In this document: positions 1 through 8,838 of the stretch, one piece after another | How positions within the stretch are numbered: position 1 is the first letter of the stretch | How the letters are laid out: each line of letters begins with the position of its first letter | From: an archaeon | GTDB lineage: Archaea; Asgardarchaeota; Thorarchaeia; Thorarchaeales; Thorarchaeaceae | Assembly (NCBI GenBank): GCA_024275415.1 | Contig: JAJRZD010000033.1 | Location: 50,551 to 82,550 of the forward strand | Reading direction: 5' to 3' | Length of the DNA: 32,000 nt | Translations under genes and position numbers: made by a program | Notes under the pieces: generated by a model | What the model was told of the DNA's origin: nothing | The model's database searches: none | The model's input: the letters and a program-made list of their open reading frames with translations, nothing else

Positions 1-1
1 T

Positions 2-1045
2 GACGAGTTCTCTGGTGCACTTACCCGTATATTCGACAAGACCTCTCAGAAGGAGTTCATCCAGGGGTCTGGTGTCCACCCTATTATCGAGCCGGACATG
101 GGAGATCTCTATCGATTTGCACCATCTCTTCTTAGCGGCGAATCTTCAGTCATTGACTCGCTCAGGATTCCTGGAAAACTCAAATTCATCGAGTCCGGAC
201 CGGTTCGCATAGTGACAGAAGTGATCCAATCCCTCTCAGAATCGACTATCATCCAGAGGGTGACAGTCTATAGGTCTCTACCGCGAATCGACATCGAGGT
301 CGAGGTCAATTTCAGAGAAGAACACAAGAGATGCAGGTACGTGATTCCTACTCCCATCTTCACAGACTCGATAGTCACAGGCGCTCAGTTCTACGCTAAT
401 GAACGGCATATAGCTCCGTTTGATGCTGAGTCTGATGATCATGGTCACGGTGCTTTCTCAGCGTTGGATTGGGTGGATGTGCAAGGTCCCGATGCAGGAC
501 TGGGAGTCGCTGTCTTCGGGTTACATGAGTTCCAGTATCGCGATGGCAAGTTATCGATAACCATGCTCAGGAGTCCTTCTGTGCTCTCTCACGGCAAGGA
601 CGACGATGCAGTCCAATCAATGAGTGCAAGGGACCATTCGAGCCACACCTTTCGCATCTCTCTGTTCCCCCATAATGAGGACTGGAAGAAGACCGGCATC
701 CACCGTCAGGCCACAGAAACACGACTCCCCCTTATTGCTTCCGTGCTTGATGGGCACCCTGATGCAACCCCCATGTTTAGCGGACTAGTTTCTGTTGAAG
801 GTGTGCCTCTTGAACTGTCATCGTATCGACCAACAGAACACGAATCCGAGGTCATCATAAGGATGTATGAGGTTCTAGGTTCGAGTGGCACGAGCATACT
901 GAAGTTCAACAGGAGTATTGAGCGTGCGGTGTTGACTGACCTAGTCGGTAATGAGATTGGTGAGATCGCTGTGAACTCGAACATGGTATCCGTACCTGTC
1001 GATGGCTATTCCATCATCACATTGAAGGTACGACTGGGCACTTGA
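2..1045 (+). CDS. Alpha-mannosidase (GH38 family), C-terminal part; gene starts upstream of the window
   Basis: The frame is open from position 2 (DEFSGALTRIFDKTSQKEF...EPDMGDLY). It shows GH38 C-terminal beta-sandwich motifs: GPVRIVTEV, LPRIDIEVEVNFREEHKRCRYVIPT, WVDVQG...G+AVFGLHEF, LSITMLRSP, H+F..SLFPH and IIRMYE..G...YSIITLK. Confidence 0.8.
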   Translation, partial: DEFSGALTRIFDKTSQKEFIQGSGVHPIIEPDMGDLYRFAPSLLSGESSVIDSLRIPGKLKFIESGPVRIVTEVIQSLSESTIIQRVTVYRSLPRIDIEVEVNFREEHKRCRYVIPTPIFTDSIVTGAQFYANERHIAPFDAESDDHGHGAFSALDWVDVQGPDAGLGVAVFGLHEFQYRDGKLSITMLRSPSVLSHGKDDDAVQSMSARDHSSHTFRISLFPHNEDWKKTGIHRQATETRLPLIASVLDGHPDATPMFSGLVSVEGVPLELSSYRPTEHESEVIIRMYEVLGSSGTSILKFNRSIERAVLTDLVGNEIGEIAVNSNMVSVPVDGYSIITLKVRLGT

Positions 1046-1106
1046 GTGTAAGAAACTATGGCTCCGATATGCTTTTGAGGAATCCTGAAAACTAAGACAA
1101 AGTAGT

Positions 1107-1979
1107 GTGTCAAAGATGTCTGCGTTCTATCCTATCTCACCCCCCGTCCTGATAACCAACACAAGCTTCTCGGCGCAAGCAGGTGTGATGGACGAGATGT
1201 GGGCCTGCCGAGTTATCCGGGGAAAGAAGATCCTTATTGAGAAGACAATGCCCGAACTCAGTCTGGACAACTTTGTTGGTATCATCTACGGACACATCCG
1301 GGTCGAGGGACTCAGCAGGCACGCCGTGGCAATGTGCGCAGGTCGCCTGATGCAGTATGCTAGGAAATACCAGTCTTCCGGTGTTTGTCCTAATTATGAG
1401 GTTCCAGACTTTTATTATGACGATGGCGAGTCCTATATCGCAGTTGGTGATTCCAGCTCTTCAGAAGGTGGTAGTGTAGCTACTGCTGAGGTTCATGAAC
1501 TCCCGCATATGCCTGTTGGACACCTTCCCACAATCACCCCACAAGAGGGAAAGAATGCGTGGAAGGTCATTGCTGAAACTCACGGCGCAGCAGTATGTGA
1601 GTTTGCAATCTATGCAGCAGGTCTCTCAGAAGGACATCTTAAAGCGATGTTCGAGCAGTTCGCAGACCGACTTGTTCATTCTTGGATTGATCCTGAAGAC
1701 CCAATCATTCTTCCCATCAGGTTCGGTGAACTTATCTACAGCTGTTCTGGTGAGAGTCAGCTTCCCAAGACTGGGACGCTGAATGTGTCAGTAGAAACCC
1801 AAGGCTGTGTGCTACTGAAGATGACAAGGGAATTTGACCCTGACGGAAGTAGGATGCCCGCCGGCTATCCCTGTGCGTTCCATGAGATGATCGCACGTAA
1901 GGTGGCTCAGGTGACCGACCTGAAAATCGGGGTCAACACGTCCTCTACGGGCTGCATAGTGACCATGTCCATCGAGTAA
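1107..1979 (+). CDS. Hypothetical protein; C-terminal part resembles V4R/methanogen-output-type small-ligand-binding domains
   Basis: 290-aa ORF (GTG start, alternative ATG at 1116). The C-terminal Cys pattern GCV...YPCAFHEMIARKV...GCIVTMSI resembles the V4R-like fold. The family call is tentative. Confidence 0.5.
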   Translation: MSKMSAFYPISPPVLITNTSFSAQAGVMDEMWACRVIRGKKILIEKTMPELSLDNFVGIIYGHIRVEGLSRHAVAMCAGRLMQYARKYQSSGVCPNYEVPDFYYDDGESYIAVGDSSSSEGGSVATAEVHELPHMPVGHLPTITPQEGKNAWKVIAETHGAAVCEFAIYAAGLSEGHLKAMFEQFADRLVHSWIDPEDPIILPIRFGELIYSCSGESQLPKTGTLNVSVETQGCVLLKMTREFDPDGSRMPAGYPCAFHEMIARKVAQVTDLKIGVNTSSTGCIVTMSIE

Positions 1980-2083
1980 ACCACACTCTGGATGCTCGCG
2001 CAATAATCTTAAATCACTCCCCACACATGGTGGTTTGATGTACTGAACGGAATAAAATCCGTGACAGTCAGGGAGATCTAAAT

Positions 2084-2359
2084 ATGTCTTATCTCACATG
2101 GCGCGAATATGTGCGTTCAGGACCCATATGCTTGGGTGTGCTCCTGATCATTGTTGGAGCGGTCTTTGTGCTTCTTCAAACAATGGATTTCGTTGTGGTG
2201 GCGGGTTATGACTCCATCATAGGTGCAGTCCTTGCAGTGGTGGGTGTCGTGTTTGTCATCTGCGGGTTCTTCTTCACCAAGAAGAAGCGGGATTCCGTGC
2301 TGACCCCAGTTTCCACGAAGGTTGATGACACACCTCCTCCTCCACCGCCGCCGGACTGA
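2084..2359 (+). CDS. Small two-TM membrane protein with a C-terminal poly-proline tail
   Basis: Two hydrophobic segments (ICLGVLLIIVGAVFVLL; IIGAVLAVVGVVFVICGFFF), a basic stop-transfer KKKR and the C-terminus DDTPPPPPPPD. A T-rich tract follows at about 2425-2436. Confidence 0.75.
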   Translation: MSYLTWREYVRSGPICLGVLLIIVGAVFVLLQTMDFVVVAGYDSIIGAVLAVVGVVFVICGFFFTKKKRDSVLTPVSTKVDDTPPPPPPPD

Positions 2360-2528
2360 TTCCTTCAACTCTGTATCTAATTTGATGTGAGCCATTCCTT
2401 TTCAAGAGCCGAATGGCTCACCGCTTCTCTTTTTTCCCTGATTTGCGCCATACTTCATCCGCCAAACCCATATATGTAAGAGTTATATTCAGTTCACAGA
2501 AATGGATTAAGAGAAGGGACTGAAATCA

Positions 2529-2819
2529 ATGACGTTTCTAGAATACCGCGACAGTCAATTTCGTGAGTGCTCGGGACAACCAAGCACTGACATCAATCTG
2601 AAAGTAGATGAATCACAGAAGAAGCTCATTCTGACTGTTCCTGAGGGCGTATCAATGATCCAACGACGGTCAGCGGAACGGGCTGCTCGTGGGATTGCCA
2701 AAGCAGGATACCTGAGCAGCCAAGGTGCCACTATAGGACGAGGATTTGAGCTTGTGATCGAGGGACACGGTGGAAATCTGCCGGACAGGTTGAAGCATTC
2801 CCCCCGAGAGGTCTACTAA
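2529..2819 (+). CDS. Hypothetical protein, 96 aa (possible degenerate gelsolin-like fold, weak)
   Basis: Clean ORF in the same orientation as its neighbours. The strand-helix-strand pattern KVDESQKKLILTVPEGVSMIQRRSAERAARGI...FELVIEG only loosely resembles a gelsolin repeat. Confidence 0.6.
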   Translation: MTFLEYRDSQFRECSGQPSTDINLKVDESQKKLILTVPEGVSMIQRRSAERAARGIAKAGYLSSQGATIGRGFELVIEGHGGNLPDRLKHSPREVY

Positions 2820-2918
2820 CCAAAGCGGCAATCACAATCCCCCAAAACTCAAATGCCAGAAAAGTGATAACGTTAGTTGGTAATAGGCAATCAATACCTC
2901 TGAAAGGAGATATATCGT

Positions 2919-4694
2919 ATGTCGCAGGATGATATCAGACGGATGGTTGAGGAGGCAACGAAGGAAGCCATGAAGCGTTCCTTCACTGAGGCCGGAAAGA
3001 AATTCCTTGATGCTGCACGAGTCAGCGAGCAGAAAGGGGACTATGGCAATGTCGAGAATCTGCAACGACAGGCTGCTGAGAACTTCACAAAAGCCGCTGA
3101 AGAGTACCGCGCAGCAAAGAGCTACAAGGCAGCATCCCTGAATATGTGCATGGCTGGTGATGTGTATTCAGAGCTGGCTGATGCTGCGAATGCACTCAAG
3201 GCATATGAACAGGGCGCCAACGACCTTTTTGGTGCTTCCACTGAGCATCTTATGTGGAACGAGGACGCAGAAACCAAGAAGGGCACCGCACTGGCAGTTG
3301 CCGGTAGCATGATCCTTCTTATGATCGGCAAAGAGGATGAAGCCTTTACTAGGGCTCGGAGGTTCGCGTCTGATAATGCGTCTAAACTGCGATTCCCAGG
3401 AGTTGTCAGGCTAAGTCAGATACCTCAGATGATTGAGAGTGCAATCAACTCCATGGATCTCAATGCTTTCGCCGACGCCGAAACCGCAGCAGTTACCGAA
3501 TTGAAGGCGTCTCTAGCAAGCGCCAAGGCACAGGAATTCGTTCCTTACGTAGACAAAGGTATCGAGATGGTTCGTGAGATATTGCGTGGCAAGCTCAAGG
3601 TGCCCAAGATATCCTCGCAACTCGACCTCCCTGTTGACATGACTTTCAAAGAGGAATTTGAGATCCGTGCCATCGTTGAGAACAATGGTGATGGCCCCGC
3701 TAACGATGTCAAGATCGAATGGCATATCGATGAAGGTATCAAGATCCTGTCTGGTGAGATAAAGCAGACAGTGGGTCAGATCCCTGCTGGAGAAACCCGC
3801 TTCTTCGTATTGGTTGCCAAATCCGCTCAGGATCATATGGGCGTAAAGGAATTCTCAGTCGTGCTTCGTGGTTCCTATTTCGATGACCTGCGGACCGAGT
3901 ACTCCCTTCAAGCAGGACCTGGCACATTCGTCCTCAAGGACTTCAAGGAAACCGAGAAGCTACTTCAGGACGTGGACGTATCCGAGGGTCGGGTGAGCAT
4001 CTTGTACCCTTCCATCGATTCTTCAAAGTTCGAGTCGGAGCCGATTATGCATATCGTGTCTTCATTGGAGTCGGCCTTGAAACTGGCTAGGACAGAGATT
4101 GCCCAGAAGGAGCTCTCTGCTGCAAAGGCGAGGATTGCCATTGTCAATTCGCTCGTAGATGCAGTTGACAAGATCCTTGGGGATGAGGAGATGCAAGCAA
4201 AGATCGAGAAGACGCGTCTTGAACAAAAGAAAGAATATGCCAAGGAACAGCTCTCTACATTGCGCTCCGATATCTTGAGGAAGTTCGACGAGTATCAACA
4301 GCGTGTACGGGCAGAGAATGACACCCTCCTAGCAGCGTGGGACTCGAAGGCGGCTGAGAAGAAAAAGGCACAGGATGAAGTCGCCGGTGTGAAAAGTAAG
4401 ATTTCCTCGCTTGTCGCCGAAGTGAGTTCAGCATATGACTCGATCCCAATGGCGAGTGCTTCCGACTCTCAGGAAATAGCAGAGGCACGGACCAAAGCAA
4501 GGACTGCTTTAGAGAAAGTGAAGTCGACCCTCTCCTCAATAGCCTCAGATGTAGATTCCATAGGCAGTATGAACGCACTCGCCTCCGAATCGCGACCAGC
4601 AGAACATCCTGCCATCGCCAAAGTCATGGCTATCCTTGAAGAGATGAAACGGGATTTGTCCTCAGCGATTGATTCAAAATTGGGCGGGACATGA
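2919..4694 (+). CDS. Multidomain protein: N-terminal SNAP/TPR-like helical repeats, central CARDB/Ig-like domain, C-terminal coiled coil
   Basis: GGAGA ribosome-binding site upstream. AAENFTKAAEEYRAAKSYKAASLNMCMAGDVYSEL...ALKAYEQGA resembles alpha-SNAP helical hairpins. IRAIVENNGDGPANDVKIEW...VGQIPAGETRFF is CARDB-like. The last ~200 aa are heptad-rich helix. Confidence 0.75.
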   Translation: MSQDDIRRMVEEATKEAMKRSFTEAGKKFLDAARVSEQKGDYGNVENLQRQAAENFTKAAEEYRAAKSYKAASLNMCMAGDVYSELADAANALKAYEQGANDLFGASTEHLMWNEDAETKKGTALAVAGSMILLMIGKEDEAFTRARRFASDNASKLRFPGVVRLSQIPQMIESAINSMDLNAFADAETAAVTELKASLASAKAQEFVPYVDKGIEMVREILRGKLKVPKISSQLDLPVDMTFKEEFEIRAIVENNGDGPANDVKIEWHIDEGIKILSGEIKQTVGQIPAGETRFFVLVAKSAQDHMGVKEFSVVLRGSYFDDLRTEYSLQAGPGTFVLKDFKETEKLLQDVDVSEGRVSILYPSIDSSKFESEPIMHIVSSLESALKLARTEIAQKELSAAKARIAIVNSLVDAVDKILGDEEMQAKIEKTRLEQKKEYAKEQLSTLRSDILRKFDEYQQRVRAENDTLLAAWDSKAAEKKKAQDEVAGVKSKISSLVAEVSSAYDSIPMASASDSQEIAEARTKARTALEKVKSTLSSIASDVDSIGSMNALASESRPAEHPAIAKVMAILEEMKRDLSSAIDSKLGGT

Positions 4695-4746
4695 TGCATA
4701 TCGGAGCTGTATGAAACAGTTCGCCTTACACTCCGACTTGGCTCGC

Positions 4747-5946
4747 CTATTGCTTGTCCATGAATCCCTCAAGTCGGTTCATGGCTTCCTCGATCATGTC
4801 AGGGGGCGGTAGGAATACGCTCCTGAAATGAGATGCGCCAAACTCGGGGTCGAACCCAGAGCCAGGTACGAACACGACTCCGGTTTCATCGAGGACTGAC
4901 TTTACGAACTCTGTGTCGTCCTTCCATCTCCCTCGCAGGTCGATTTTAGGCATGATGTAGAATGCTGCCTCGGGGAGCCTTGTCGAGATGGAATCTATCT
5001 CGTTCAATCGCTTGTGGATGAGATCTCGTCGTTCCCTGAGCCCGACCATGGTTTCTTTGAGGTGTTCTCCATCGCTTCTCAACGCGGCGATAGATGCGAC
5101 CTGTGCTGTCGCGTTCAGACATATCCTCACTCTTGCCTGCCGGATCATGGCATCGTACAGGGGGTCGAGTTCCCTGTCCGTGTCGTGGAAGTACGCATAC
5201 CCGACTCTCCATCCAGGTGCTAGATACACCTTGCTGACTCCGTTAAAGCCGATGACTGGCACATCTCCTGCGATACTGACCATTGGGGTCTGGGGCTCGT
5301 CATAGGTCAGCTGGTCATAGATCTCGTCAGAGATGAGCGGAAGCCCGTGTTCACCAGCGATGTTCACTATCTCGCGCAGGGTCTTCTCGTTGTACACGGA
5401 ACCGGTCGGGTTGTTCGGGTTGATGACAAGGATCGCCACAGTCTTGTCGGTAATCTTCTTTCGCAGGTCCTCAGGGTCTGGGTTCCAGTCTTCCTCCTCG
5501 ATGGTGCGGTAGGTGACAGGTATGCCACCGAAGAACTTTACGTAACTGATGTAGGGTGGATAGGACGGGCCTGGGATGAGGAACTCGGATCCGGGATGCA
5601 CTAGAGCCCCGGTGAGGAACTGGATAGCCTCAGAAACCCCGGCTGTCACGAGGATACGCTCAGGGTCGATATCTATGCCGTTCACACGTTTTTCTTTTTC
5701 TGCAGCAGCCAGCCGGAGCTCGGGCTCGCCAGCAGAGGGCGAGTACCCGTTCCAGCCAAGTCTGGCGGCCTCGCATACCGCATCTACCATGAAGTCAGGC
5801 GTCTTCCAGTCATACTTGATTGGGTCACCAATATTCAGATAGAGGGGCTTATCGCCTGTGCGTTTCTCATAACTTTTTGCTGCTACCACAATGTCGCGTA
5901 TTGCATATTGCAGGTTTGATGCCCTTGGACTGATGTCGAGCTTCAT
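4747..5946 (-). CDS. PLP-dependent class I/II aminotransferase (archaeal alanine/aspartate aminotransferase type)
   Basis: Motifs LNIGDP, GYSPSAGEPELR, ILVTAGVSEAI, INPNNPTGSVY, ISDEIYD, NGVSKVYLAPGWRVG (PLP lysine), AFYIMP and FVPGSGF. The likely start is ATG 5946 (MKLDISPRA), not 6078. Confidence 0.95.
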   Translation of the reverse strand: MKLDISPRASNLQYAIRDIVVAAKSYEKRTGDKPLYLNIGDPIKYDWKTPDFMVDAVCEAARLGWNGYSPSAGEPELRLAAAEKEKRVNGIDIDPERILVTAGVSEAIQFLTGALVHPGSEFLIPGPSYPPYISYVKFFGGIPVTYRTIEEEDWNPDPEDLRKKITDKTVAILVINPNNPTGSVYNEKTLREIVNIAGEHGLPLISDEIYDQLTYDEPQTPMVSIAGDVPVIGFNGVSKVYLAPGWRVGYAYFHDTDRELDPLYDAMIRQARVRICLNATAQVASIAALRSDGEHLKETMVGLRERRDLIHKRLNEIDSISTRLPEAAFYIMPKIDLRGRWKDDTEFVKSVLDETGVVFVPGSGFDPEFGASHFRSVFLPPPDMIEEAMNRLEGFMDKQ

Positions 5947-6239
5947 ATCTTGCCCCTGTCCGTGAGGCAAGACTACCCACGTATATTGTTTACTGTCAAG
6001 GATATTAACTTTCGAGTAGTTGGCAGGACGAAAAGACCATGCTTGTCGTTGGTTTATTGTATGAATGGAATCATTCATTGCATTTTGCGGCTCACCACAT
6101 GCACTTGCTGTTACATGTCAATCTCGCAGTCGAGAAAAGAGGTTTCGTAGTCCAAAGAGATACGCAATCTACGAACTATAATCCTCTCCTTGATGACATG
6201 CTTATAAGCGTCGAACGTGTAAGAAGGATAAGAGCGAAC

Positions 6240-7124
6240 ATGACCGTTGAGAAGCCTGATGACAAGACCGCAGAGAAGGTCATTGCCGCATTGGAGAGGA
6301 ACCCCCTACTCCGTACTAGGCTCTTGCAGGTGATCGAACCCGGCGAATATGTGAAACGTGATGAGCTGGCCGAGGTTCTGAAGGAGATCCGTGTTCTACG
6401 AGAGGATCAAGCGAAACGTTTCGAGGCTATGGACAAGCGCTTCGAGGCCATGCAGAAACACTCTGACGAGCGTTTCGAGGCTATGCAGAAGCAGCTTGAT
6501 GACCGTTTCGAAGCTATGGACAAACGTTTCGAGGCCATGCAGAAACAGATTGACAAGCGCTTCGAGGCTATGCAGAAGCAGCTTGATGACCGTTTCGAAG
6601 CTATGGACAAACGTTTCGAGGCTATGCAGAAACAGATTGACAAACGCTTCGAAGCCGTGGACAAGCGTTTTGAAACAATGGACAAGCGCTTCGAAGCTAT
6701 GATTCAGGGGTTGCAAAAGGGCTTCGACACCGTGCGTCGTGATGTGGCCACCATGTCCACCAGGTACGGGCTTCGCCTGGAGGACATTTTCCGAGAGGTC
6801 TTCAGGGAGGCACTGTTGACTGAGGGGGTGGATCCCGAGAAGATCCGGCGACTGGATGTCCTCGATGACGAAGGGGTGGTAGTGCCCCCGGGTGAGGTGA
6901 CCGACATCGACATGATGGGAAGCGACTCCCAGTGTGTGTTCGTGGAGGTCAAGGCACACATGGACATGCACGACATCTGGCGGTTCCTCAAGGTGGTGAG
7001 GTTGGCAGAGGAACAGGAGAAGGTGAAAGCATCCAAGCTGATAGCCGTGACGCTGGACATCTCGCCGAAGGACAAGGTCAAGGCTGAACGAATGGGAGTG
7101 AAGGTCATCACCTCAGAGGCATGA
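6240..7124 (+). CDS. Coiled-coil-repeat protein with a C-terminal PD-(D/E)XK nuclease-like domain (DUF3782/DUF1626-like archaeal family)
   Basis: Likely start MTVEKPDD at 6240. Central RFEAM repeats are followed by STRYG...EDIFRE, EVTDIDMM...VFVEVKAHMD..DIWRF and AERMGVKVI, typical of this archaeal family. Confidence 0.8.
   Translation: MTVEKPDDKTAEKVIAALERNPLLRTRLLQVIEPGEYVKRDELAEVLKEIRVLREDQAKRFEAMDKRFEAMQKHSDERFEAMQKQLDDRFEAMDKRFEAMQKQIDKRFEAMQKQLDDRFEAMDKRFEAMQKQIDKRFEAVDKRFETMDKRFEAMIQGLQKGFDTVRRDVATMSTRYGLRLEDIFREVFREALLTEGVDPEKIRRLDVLDDEGVVVPPGEVTDIDMMGSDSQCVFVEVKAHMDMHDIWRFLKVVRLAEEQEKVKASKLIAVTLDISPKDKVKAERMGVKVITSEA
6414..6701 (+). repeat. Intragenic tandem repeat: 11 RFEA(M/V)-type units mixing 21-bp and 33-bp periods, including a near-perfect 87-bp unit twice (6486-6572, 6573-6659)
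   Basis: Read directly from the DNA and the translation: DKRFEAM (7 aa) and QKQ(L/I)D(D/K)RFEAM (11 aa) units. Confidence 0.95.
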
Positions 7125-7139
7125 CAGCGGTCAGGCAAC

Positions 7140-8087
7140 TCAACACAGTTCCAACAATGGCGTTGCAGCGTATGTAATTTCGTAGTGCTGTCCAGTTTTA
7201 TCGTCACACCCGCTGGCAAAAAAACGTGAACATCCTCTTGGGAGTTCATGTCCTCTGGAATTGAAATCCACGAGCCGAAAGATATACTCTGCCATACCTG
7301 CACTGATATACGTGGGGAGTTCTACAGCATCGGTTTTAGACATGTTCCGCACTTTGATACTGAACCCGATATCTATAAGGGCATTCTTCAGACCTGCAAG
7401 CTCGACCATCGCTCAGTAGCGTTCCAAGCCAAGACTCCGTACAATCTCGAACCCATAAGTCGTCAGGACGAGATGGCTAAGATCCAGTTTCTTTTGCCTC
7501 CTATGGATGGTGACTGCCTCCATCTCCTTCTGCCGTAGAGTGATGATCTGCTCTGCCACTCCGGCAAGTTCGTCAACATCAGATACGGATTCCAGAAGAA
7601 CATCGATGGTGATACCTCCCCTTCCGATCTGCTCTATAAAGCACTCGATGAGTTCCTTGCGGACGATCTCCTCGAAGTCCGGTTCCTCCTATCCTTGCAT
7701 AGTTCTTTCAAACCTCTCGATATCGATATCCAGCAACCCCGCCCAGTGAAGTCCGAGGGCAGAAAAGGTGCATTGGACGAGATGGTGTACTTTCCATACA
7801 GGTTCGAATTCCACGACTCTCGGTAAGAGTTGCACGATGACCTTGATAGACCGTTTGGACGAGAAGGGAAATTCGGTTCTTGTGTAGTCGGTATGAAACT
7901 TGGGAATCACCCGTTTCCAAGTGTCAGTAGAAAGGATGGATTCAAGAATCAGTAGTCCGTTTTCGTCGAACCCTACTAATTCAACTTCTCTCAACCGTTT
8001 ATTGTAAGTTGTACAGACTTGACACCAGAGTGTTGTACTCCCAGAGAACGGCACTGGGTGGACTCTGCGAGGCCGTTTGCGTGTCAT
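7140..8087 (-). pseudogene. Hypothetical gene of about 315 codons interrupted by two in-frame stops (TAG 7691-7689, TGA 7415-7413)
   Basis: Track ORFs 7689..8087 and 7140..7409 lie in the same frame. The stretch between them (EEPDFEEIVRKELIECFIEQIGRGGITIDVLLESVSDVDELAGVAEQIITLRQKE...ERY) is open and protein-like. A GAGGT RBS lies just upstream of ATG 8087. Confidence 0.7.
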
Positions 8088-8391
8088 GCCGACCTCATAC
8101 TCCTGTGGGAGTGCTCGAGTCTATAAAGCCCTATAAATTACTTCAAGTGTTCATCTAAGGGATGTCCACGTTTGGGTAACGTGTAGCGCAGCTGTTTGCA
8201 ACCTTTTTTCCCGTGTCATATCCATGGCGATTAGCCCGCACCCCATGAATCGTTACATACCTTTTCATAGCAAACCAACTGTATCACCGAGCCGATTTGG
8301 ATAAATATTTTTGCGAGTTTTAGTTTCTGTCCAATAGATCACTTCTCGCAACACTCCAAGAAGTCCAGACGGTGGATGTTGTGAAGCAGCA

Positions 8392-8574
8392 CCTCTCCAT
8401 CAACCGACTCCGCATCCGTGTGGTATCTCTCAGATCCTTAATGGTTCCCGTAGGGACGTAGGAAGATCTCACAAATCCAGCTCTGAGCAGGACGACCAAC
8501 CAGACACAGTCCTTCAGGTCGGTTTTGTGCGATGACATGTCCTTGACCTGTCGGGCATAGTTTAATAGTTTCAT
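8392..8574 (-). mobile_element. IS110-family transposase remnant (fragment of the DEDD/RuvC-like domain)
   Basis: ARQVKDMSSHKTDLKDCVWLVVLLRAGFVRSSYVPTGTIKDLRDTTRMR matches the IS110 signature KTD..DA.WLA.LL..G.L..S.VP.....LR.L.R.R. The rest of the gene is absent or decayed. Confidence 0.8.
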
Positions 8575-8838
8575 TCCAGTCATGCTACGTGACCTCCTAG
8601 TTTTATCTAGGACTGTTGCCGGACTAACATTACAATTTTCAATACGTGTCCGCAACACAAATGGATAACTTCATCTGTTCGTTTCAGGTCATTTCTCACA
8701 CCGTCGTCCAGATGGCAGAGTCTACTCCAATCAGTCTAGTCTTGAAAGAGCATAGTATGGGAACGCACTCATGTTTTTTCACACGGGGCCCAGATGAAGG
8801 ATACTCTTATATTATCGAAAAGATTAACTAAACGAATT

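Noticed and set aside
5947-6239. N-terminal extensions of the aminotransferase (to 6078) and the repeat protein (from 6039)
   Set aside because: The two extensions overlap each other across an AT-rich divergent promoter region and do not look like protein; starts at 5946 and 6240 fit the families.
6414-6701. Possible CRISPR array suggested by the recurring cgtttcgaggctatg motif
   Set aside because: The repeats are in-frame coding units with 21/33-bp periods and no unique spacers.
7248-7749. Plus-strand ORFs 7248..7538 and 7507..7749
   Set aside because: They are shadows of the interrupted minus-strand gene, which has the RBS and protein-like composition.
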